From positions 1 to 30,808 of the IMG/VR virus record IMGVR_UViG_3300021517_000016: DNA of 30,808 bases; one strand, written 5' to 3'. The notes beneath the pieces were generated by a model. It searched no databases and had not been told where the DNA came from. It saw only the letters and a list, made by a program, of their open reading frames with translations. Positions 24,678 to 30,808 of the stretch are shown here, one piece after another; within the stretch, counting starts at the first letter, position 1; every line of letters starts with the position of its first letter. The translations under genes and the position numbers were made by a program. This stretch comes from a virus (Duplodnaviria > Caudoviricetes).

Positions 24678-25088
24678 ATGGGATTTGTCACCTTCGTCCA
24701 AGGACGGGGGATGGTTGATTCCGACATTCTCGTGGTCGATAAGGCCGTGTCGGAATACGACGAGCGCCTCTATTTCGACCGCAACCTGGATACAGGGCAG
24801 TGGTGCATTTACCTCAAGACGCCCCCCTCGGAGGCTGACCTCCCGATCTTGGGGTTCGATGAAGTCCCTAATCCCGAGGCTGCTGTAAAGCGCCTCTGGC
24901 AGGCCGACACCCTTCGGCACGGGGAAAAGATTTTGAACGATATGTGGAAGCGGAATGAGAAACGACTCCAGCCGCTTCGAGACAAAGCTGATGACGCATC
25001 CGGCCAGGCTGCAGAAGTCCTTGAGTGGTCACACCGCAAGATGGGCACGCATCCGACCCCCCGCGTCTTTGTACCTAGGGAGGTTTAG
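24678..25088 (+). CDS. Hypothetical protein (136 aa)
   Basis: AGGAG SD; lies in the structural operon. Confidence 0.8.
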   Translation: MGFVTFVQGRGMVDSDILVVDKAVSEYDERLYFDRNLDTGQWCIYLKTPPSEADLPILGFDEVPNPEAAVKRLWQADTLRHGEKILNDMWKRNEKRLQPLRDKADDASGQAAEVLEWSHRKMGTHPTPRVFVPREV

Positions 25089-25687
25089 TGAGACAGCCCG
25101 GGCTCGACCCGCGCACCCCACAGTTTCGCCGCAAGGAGCTTGCAAACATGCTTGCTCAGAAGGCCGGCAGGCGGATCCAGTCCAAGGAGCGCCTCAAGTC
25201 CGCCTTTCGGGGCGGCGGTTACGGCTTCCGGCCGGGACGTGGTGGGGGACAGAAGAACCAGTTTGTGAATCGCCAGGGCTTCCCGTTCGGCCCCGATATC
25301 GGTGAGGCCGAGTACATGGAGCAGACTCCGTGGGCTTACTCCTCGCCTTTCGAGCAGTTGGCGTTTGACGTAACGCAGCCTAACGCGCCGACCAATATCT
25401 TCTCTAACTCGCAGCTTAACGCGCCTAACGCGCCCCTCTACGACCAGGGTCTCGACGGTCTCGCGCAGATGCCAAGGCCGAGCCTTAGTACGGACCCAGA
25501 GCAGTTCGGGTCTGAGCTAGACGGCGGCCCGTTCAACGTCGGCACCGAGTACCAGGGAACGTCGGCCATGGGTGGCGGCGCATTCCTGCCGTGGTTCCTC
25601 AACGGACTCGGAGGTCTGATTAACCAGCCGATTATCAACACCCGTTACGGCGGTGGCGGTGGTGGCGGGCCGATGCGCACGATGTAA
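25088..25687 (+). CDS. Low-complexity Gly/Arg/Pro-rich hypothetical protein
   Basis: GGAGG SD with TAGTG coupling; basic N-terminus, disordered remainder. Confidence 0.7.
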   Translation: MRQPGLDPRTPQFRRKELANMLAQKAGRRIQSKERLKSAFRGGGYGFRPGRGGGQKNQFVNRQGFPFGPDIGEAEYMEQTPWAYSSPFEQLAFDVTQPNAPTNIFSNSQLNAPNAPLYDQGLDGLAQMPRPSLSTDPEQFGSELDGGPFNVGTEYQGTSAMGGGAFLPWFLNGLGGLINQPIINTRYGGGGGGGPMRTM

Positions 25688-26329
25688 ATGACAGCAGCCG
25701 AGATTATCACTTTCATTGAAGGTCACGGTTTCACGGATACCCCGTCTGCCGACAAGCTCGCGGCCATCAATGCCGCGTACACAGACATCTGCCGACTTGA
25801 GCCCTGGCCCTTCTTGGAAGCGTCTGACGGCGTAGCGTTCGACGGCACTTCCGCTGTACCTACCGACTTTCCGACGGACTTTCGGGCCGCTACCGGAGTC
25901 ATCGACACCCGACTCGGAGGCGTGCGCCGACTAGTTCCAATTCGTCACGAAGAACTTCTAGCCAAGACGGATCCAGCAGAGCCTCCCGGCCCGCCCCTCT
26001 ATTACTACTTCATCAACAAGACAATGCACTTTTGGCCGATGCCTACCGCCGGCTACGACACCGTGATTATCAACTACATCAGGCGTGTCACCAAGCTAAC
26101 GGCGGTTAGCACAGAAGCGAATATTCTCGTCCCTTGGGAGCACCACATGGCGATTGTCTATGGGGCACTCAAGTACCTGTATTACCAGGACGACGACCCC
26201 GAGCTCTCTGTCGGAGCCAAGCAATTGTTTGATGAAGAGGTCGTGAAGATGCGCACCCAGGAGTGGGCACGGCAGTATGACCGCCCTGATTCGATTGAGG
26301 TTCTTGATTCGTTTGATCTTTACGACTAA
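25688..26329 (+). CDS. Head-tail adaptor (podoviral tail tubular protein A-like)
   Basis: IN.AY..IC....WPFL, P.DF, GPP.YY, FWP.P, P.EHH.AIVYGA. Confidence 0.8.
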   Translation: MTAAEIITFIEGHGFTDTPSADKLAAINAAYTDICRLEPWPFLEASDGVAFDGTSAVPTDFPTDFRAATGVIDTRLGGVRRLVPIRHEELLAKTDPAEPPGPPLYYYFINKTMHFWPMPTAGYDTVIINYIRRVTKLTAVSTEANILVPWEHHMAIVYGALKYLYYQDDDPELSVGAKQLFDEEVVKMRTQEWARQYDRPDSIEVLDSFDLYD

Positions 26330-26339
26330 GGAGTAACCA

Positions 26340-28700
26340 TTGGCCCTCGATACCGAGACTTTTGAGGGCTCGGCAGGTGGCGCCAATCTGGCACTCCCGG
26401 CGCAGAGCCTTGACGACTCTGAGGCCCGCTACATCCAAGATGGATTGACTGACCGGCCCGGAATCCTTCGCCGGAGAGGGCCGGTCACACCCGTTCCGAA
26501 CGTTGTCGCGCATACCCACAAGGGATGCGGGCTGTTTGGCGCTATTGACCCCAAGGGTGACTTCATCCTTGCTGCGCCCACTGGCGACGCTTCCAACGGA
26601 TTCATCTCCCTGTACTCGGCAGACCGCACCACCAAGGTGGACGTGGCCTGGCCGTTCGCGCTTCCGGTTGATCCCCCTACGACCCCGGCTCGCATTGTCG
26701 ATGCCAAGCCGCTTCTCAACGGCGGGGCCGCTATCGGTATCTCCAGCGCGTATGACGCCGACTCCCCTTCGCAGGGACTCGCAATCTGGCGTGGCGGTAA
26801 TCGCGCAAACTACACCACAGGCACGATCACCTTCAACCGTGGCTCGACGTCTATCTCGGGCTCCGGCACCCTGTTCGTCGGCAACGTCTCGCCGGGGATG
26901 TTCCTCTTCGCTGAGACATCGGAGCCGTACTACAGCGTCCTGATTGGTGTCGTCCAAGTCGTCACCAACAACACCACGCTAGTGCTGGAGAAGCCGGCCC
27001 CGTTTTCCGGATCCGCGAAGCCGTACACGCTCCAGTCCATCCGGGGCCTTGCCCCGAAGGTCGTCAAGGGACGGGTCACATTCGACGTCAACTCGACCAC
27101 CGTTGTCGGGGCAAACACGAAGTTCCTCTCGCAGCAGCTCGGAGCCACTATCCAGCGCTCCGGCACCACGACTAACGGCAACGCCGTTATTACCGGGCTC
27201 TCGCAGACTTCGGATCTCCGCGTAAACATGATCGTGACCGGCACAGGCGTCGGTACCGGGGCAGTTATTCGCTCTATCGACTCTGCTTCGCAGATCACTT
27301 TGTCAGTCAACTCGGTTGCCTCCGGCACCGTAACGATTACGTTCGCCCAGAACTGGCACATGTATCGCGCCAGCGACAACGCCTATATCGGGCGCATCAA
27401 TAGCGTGGCGACGGACATCTCGGTCGCGCTTGCTGCCAACCCCTCTATCTCTGGCAGCAACGAGCGTTATATCGCGCTGCGCGTTGATTCGGACTACACA
27501 ATCCTGACGACGACGCAGGCCGACAAGGTGGGCTTCCTCAACGCCTCCTATGCCGAGCGGCAGTGGTACGCCAATCAGGGATCGTCCGTAGACAAGACGG
27601 AGCGGATCTGGTTCAGCGACCCCGCTGACCCCGAGGGACTAGACCTTTCTCCCTTTGACGGTGACTTCCTTCCGGTGGCCTCCACCAAGGGTACGAACGA
27701 CCCGATCGTCGCGATCCTCGCCTGCGCTAGCTCTGTGCTAGTGCTCAAGGAGAAGGAGGTCTTCGGGATCTTCGGTAACTCTCCGACGACGTTCCAGGTG
27801 CGTAAGATTTGGGACGACGGTGCACTATCGGGCATGAGCGTCGTGCCGTACGGCTCCGGCGCGATCTGGGCAGGCCGGGACGGCATCCACTACTTCGACG
27901 GCATCCAGGTTCGGAACCTTGTCGAAGACAAGCTCGGAGACTACTGGAAGACTGCGCTCCGAAACTTCAATCCGATGCAGTATCGCATGTGGGGTGCGGT
28001 CTACCGAGACCATTACCTACTCTACGTAGAGAACCAGCTCCCGACGACAGGGATCACCAAGGCCTTCACGACGACGACCCCTACTCGGCACACCTACTGC
28101 CTCAACCTGGTAACCCGAGCTCCGGTGTTCCTCAAGAACATCGACTTCCTCGGCTTCGAGCAGCTCCCGGCTGACCAGGGCAACACCCCAATCCTACAGG
28201 TGAATGATGCCACAATCGCCCGACTCATTGACGCCAGCTCCCTATTCGAGTCAACCGGACTTGACGCCTTTGCCTGTGCCGGCAATACCGCCGGTCCTGA
28301 CTTTTATTTCGAGTCCAAAAAGTTCAATGCAGGCGACTCTCTTCGGAGGAAGAACTATAAATTCCTCGCGCTGTACTACCTAGCCGCAGGCGGGGACATG
28401 AAGCTGGACACCATCGTCGGCCTCAACAACGTCGGCGCTACGGCTCTGTCGGAGTACGAGTCCAGCGGCTACACCTGGACGACCCTCGGAAATGCGTTCC
28501 CAACGTGGAGCAACCTAGGCAGTACGTTCTCAACGTGGTCGTCGATCAACAACGAGTTCTTCCGTCCCAAGAAGATCAAGTTCCAGAAGCGCTCGCAGTT
28601 CCTAGGCTTCCGCCTCTACCAGGAAGACGCCAACATGACTCAGTTCACGATGGGTCCGTATCAGCTCGGCTTCAAGTACCAGCGGGCAGGCAAGGTCTAG
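26340..28700 (+). CDS. Tail nozzle/stabilisation protein (beta-propeller) with inserted beta modules
   Basis: GG.NL...N-terminus, LRRRG, RIWFS...DPE, LVLKE, GAL...SVV, GIHYFDG; follows the adaptor gene. Confidence 0.8.
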   Translation: MALDTETFEGSAGGANLALPAQSLDDSEARYIQDGLTDRPGILRRRGPVTPVPNVVAHTHKGCGLFGAIDPKGDFILAAPTGDASNGFISLYSADRTTKVDVAWPFALPVDPPTTPARIVDAKPLLNGGAAIGISSAYDADSPSQGLAIWRGGNRANYTTGTITFNRGSTSISGSGTLFVGNVSPGMFLFAETSEPYYSVLIGVVQVVTNNTTLVLEKPAPFSGSAKPYTLQSIRGLAPKVVKGRVTFDVNSTTVVGANTKFLSQQLGATIQRSGTTTNGNAVITGLSQTSDLRVNMIVTGTGVGTGAVIRSIDSASQITLSVNSVASGTVTITFAQNWHMYRASDNAYIGRINSVATDISVALAANPSISGSNERYIALRVDSDYTILTTTQADKVGFLNASYAERQWYANQGSSVDKTERIWFSDPADPEGLDLSPFDGDFLPVASTKGTNDPIVAILACASSVLVLKEKEVFGIFGNSPTTFQVRKIWDDGALSGMSVVPYGSGAIWAGRDGIHYFDGIQVRNLVEDKLGDYWKTALRNFNPMQYRMWGAVYRDHYLLYVENQLPTTGITKAFTTTTPTRHTYCLNLVTRAPVFLKNIDFLGFEQLPADQGNTPILQVNDATIARLIDASSLFESTGLDAFACAGNTAGPDFYFESKKFNAGDSLRRKNYKFLALYYLAAGGDMKLDTIVGLNNVGATALSEYESSGYTWTTLGNAFPTWSNLGSTFSTWSSINNEFFRPKKIKFQKRSQFLGFRLYQEDANMTQFTMGPYQLGFKYQRAGKV

Positions 28701-29198
28701 ATGGCGCTCGACATTGGCGACAGCATTGGTAATTGGGACTCCACCCGGCTGACACGATTCATCAAGGAGTTCTTCGAGAAGGACCCCCCGGCCGCTATCG
28801 GCCAGACCGCCATCGACAACCTGACGATTCAGGAGTTGCTGACGGTCAGGGATCAGATCAGCTTCGCCCGGGATCCCAACTACCACCGGGTTGGGCTGGT
28901 TGGCGAGCCGACCTTTCAGAACTCTTGGACGAATACCGGATCTCCCTGGGGCGCCGCTGCATTTTGGAAGGACCCTTTGGGGTTTGTCCACCTTCGGGGG
29001 AACCTATCCTCGGGAACCCTAGGTGCGACGTCCTTCACCCTGCCGGCGGGCTCCAGGCCCGACGTACAGCAAATCTTCGTCATTGACGCCAACGGCGCCT
29101 TCGGGCGAGTAACGGTGCAGATGGACGGGCAAGTCGTAATGACCACCGCCTCGGCTACGCGCACTAGCATTGACGGCATTCACTTCAAAGCAGCATAG
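28701..29198 (+). CDS. Tail-associated protein with a small C-terminal beta-sandwich
   Basis: FQNSW.N......F.KD..G.VHLRG......FTLPAG.RP...G.V.V..DG.V motif of phage tail-fibre C-termini. Confidence 0.75.
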   Translation: MALDIGDSIGNWDSTRLTRFIKEFFEKDPPAAIGQTAIDNLTIQELLTVRDQISFARDPNYHRVGLVGEPTFQNSWTNTGSPWGAAAFWKDPLGFVHLRGNLSSGTLGATSFTLPAGSRPDVQQIFVIDANGAFGRVTVQMDGQVVMTTASATRTSIDGIHFKAA

Positions 29199-29207
29199 GA
29201 GTAAGAC

Positions 29208-30041
29208 ATAGCAACCGACGCTACCGGGCCTGTTACTACCCCGGACTCTATTGCAACATATGACGTGAACGCAGATCGGCCGACTGGTGTTGGGCTTAAC
29301 AACATCGTCGCCTCAATCCAGACTGCTTTCAACAACCACGCGGACAAGCCCGCAGGCATTGTCTCAGGCGAGGTTCCGGTGTGGAATGGTTCGGCCTGGG
29401 TGCGTTCGTCCGTCACGAACATCGGCCCGACCTCGCTCGGTTCTGGTACCCCCGATAACACTAAGTTCCTTCGAGGCGACGGGTCTTGGCAAGTTGTTAG
29501 TGGACCTACCTACACTTACGCAACTACTCCTCCCGGCTCTCCGGTATCCGGCGATATTTGGTACCTCGTAGACTCAACTACAGCGCCTACCTATCAGTGG
29601 ACATTCAGGTATAACAGCGGCTCTTCACACGGCGATAAGTGGGAGTTCGTCGGCGGTGCTCCCGCGAGAGTCGATGTGGCTGCAGCGGAAACTACAGCCT
29701 CAACGTCGTATGTTGCACTGACTACGGCAGGCCCCTCCTTTACTGTGCCTCGTGGCGGCGTCTACCAGATACAAATTGGGATGTCGTGTCGTCGGTCGGG
29801 CGGGGCCGTCTCAATGTACGGCATCATGTCCTACGACATCGGTGGAACAGGTGCCGTTGACGGCGATGCATGTTTTGGTATTGGGCACGACAACAACAAC
29901 ACACAGGTTTCCTCTCCCATGGGGAATGAGCAGAAAACACTAACCGCCTCTACTGCGCTGGTATCTAAGTACAAGGTGTCGGCGCAGACCATTCAGTTTG
30001 ATAACAGGTGGATGTCTGTTACTCCTCTTCGGGTGAGTTAG
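29208..30041 (+). CDS. Tail fibre/minor tail protein (probable ATA start)
   Basis: LGSGT.DNTKFLRGDGSW fibre motif, PPGSPVSGDIWY, C-terminal beta-sandwich; in-frame ATA at 29208 lies 6 nt after AGGAG. Confidence 0.75.
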   Translation: MATDATGPVTTPDSIATYDVNADRPTGVGLNNIVASIQTAFNNHADKPAGIVSGEVPVWNGSAWVRSSVTNIGPTSLGSGTPDNTKFLRGDGSWQVVSGPTYTYATTPPGSPVSGDIWYLVDSTTAPTYQWTFRYNSGSSHGDKWEFVGGAPARVDVAAAETTASTSYVALTTAGPSFTVPRGGVYQIQIGMSCRRSGGAVSMYGIMSYDIGGTGAVDGDACFGIGHDNNNTQVSSPMGNEQKTLTASTALVSKYKVSAQTIQFDNRWMSVTPLRVS

Positions 30042-30686
30042 ATGGCGTTTATCCCACCCCACATTTCCTACTCCGGGGTCTACCGGGATCGCCAGCTTCA
30101 GGCACAAAAGGCGTTCCAGGACGCCCAAGCGTCCATCGGTACGCAGCGTCAGCAGCTTCGCAATCAGTTTGGATTGCGCTCTAAGACAGGCGGTGGCTTC
30201 GAGGCAGACCCCTACTCGCAATATGGGGCCGTTCAGCAGCTCAAGCAGCGTCAGGGTTCCGACCTTAGCGCTGCTTGGGATGACGCTAGTGCCAGGGGCG
30301 TCGGCCATGTCGGCCTAGGCGCACAGCGAGAGCATGGTCTCCGGTACGCTCATGGGGCTCAGTCCCAGGAGCTCGGTAACCAGTTCACTCAGGGCCTCAG
30401 CGACCTCGATAGCGCAGCCCTCCGGGCTGAGGGGGACTACCGCAACACGATGATGGGGATTGACGCCGACTCGATTCGGGACGCAATCGCCAATCGTATG
30501 TTCAATACTCCCGACTACTCAGGGCTCGATCCGGAGCCGTCCCCCTACGCACAGCAGATGGCAAAGACCATCCCTATTCAGAACAGGAAGACAACTATCA
30601 AGCAGCGTAAGCAGGCCGCTAAGGCCGCTCCTCTCCGTAAGTACGGGTGGGGCGCTGCCGCCACATACGCGAAGAGGGGTAGGTAA
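30042..30686 (+). CDS. Probable internal virion/ejection protein
   Basis: Gln/Ala/Gly-rich and helical; follows the tail genes as in podoviruses. Confidence 0.6.
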   Translation: MAFIPPHISYSGVYRDRQLQAQKAFQDAQASIGTQRQQLRNQFGLRSKTGGGFEADPYSQYGAVQQLKQRQGSDLSAAWDDASARGVGHVGLGAQREHGLRYAHGAQSQELGNQFTQGLSDLDSAALRAEGDYRNTMMGIDADSIRDAIANRMFNTPDYSGLDPEPSPYAQQMAKTIPIQNRKTTIKQRKQAAKAAPLRKYGWGAAATYAKRGR

Positions 30687-30808
30687 ATGCCTCCGTTTGA
30701 AGTCCCCAAAAACACCCCGGCAGGGCGCCGTAATCGGGGCATGGGTCCGCGTAAGCCCCCTACGAAAAGAGGCATGGGGCCTCGTAAGCCTCCCACCAAG
30801 AAGGGTAC
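30687..30808 (+). CDS. Partial CDS with a tandem 11-aa repeat (RGMGPRKPPTK twice)
   Basis: TAAATG coupling; MPPFEVPKNTPAGRRNRGMGPRKPPTKRGMGPRKPPTKKG runs off the window. Confidence 0.65.
   Translation, partial: MPPFEVPKNTPAGRRNRGMGPRKPPTKRGMGPRKPPTKKG

Noticed and set aside
1-30808. Stop-codon reassignment
   Set aside because: TAA, TAG and TGA all terminate well-tiled genes, and the conserved proteins are intact under the standard code.

Overview
A GC-rich segment of a tailed-phage genome, probably a podovirus, with two divergent arms. The left arm (1-10359, minus strand) is an early/accessory operon. It encodes an ERF annealase plus PD-(D/E)XK exonuclease recombination pair, and an amide/peptide-ligation cassette (Cys-rich amidoligase, class II glutamine amidotransferase, RimK-like ATP-grasp). 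It also carries a secreted HExxH metallopeptidase and many small hypothetical genes. The right arm (12794-30808, plus strand) is morphogenesis: a head-spike/fibre cassette with an RcGTA Rcc01079-like spike base, then ClpP-like protease, large terminase, portal, HTH protein, scaffold, major capsid, adaptor, nozzle, tail-fibre and probable ejection proteins. The divergence region holds the most unusual signal, a roughly 590-nt densely base-paired non-coding segment (about 11003 to 10416, minus strand) with its own promoter-like and terminator-like signals and a candidate pseudoknot. This is a candidate large phage ncRNA or leader. Also notable are two GTAC-rich 10-bp repeat arrays 10 kb apart that share a 29/31-nt block, and well-supported ATT, CTG and ATA start codons. 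No tRNA, integrase, CRISPR array or lysis gene was recognised. All family calls come from motif recognition by eye, not database searches.
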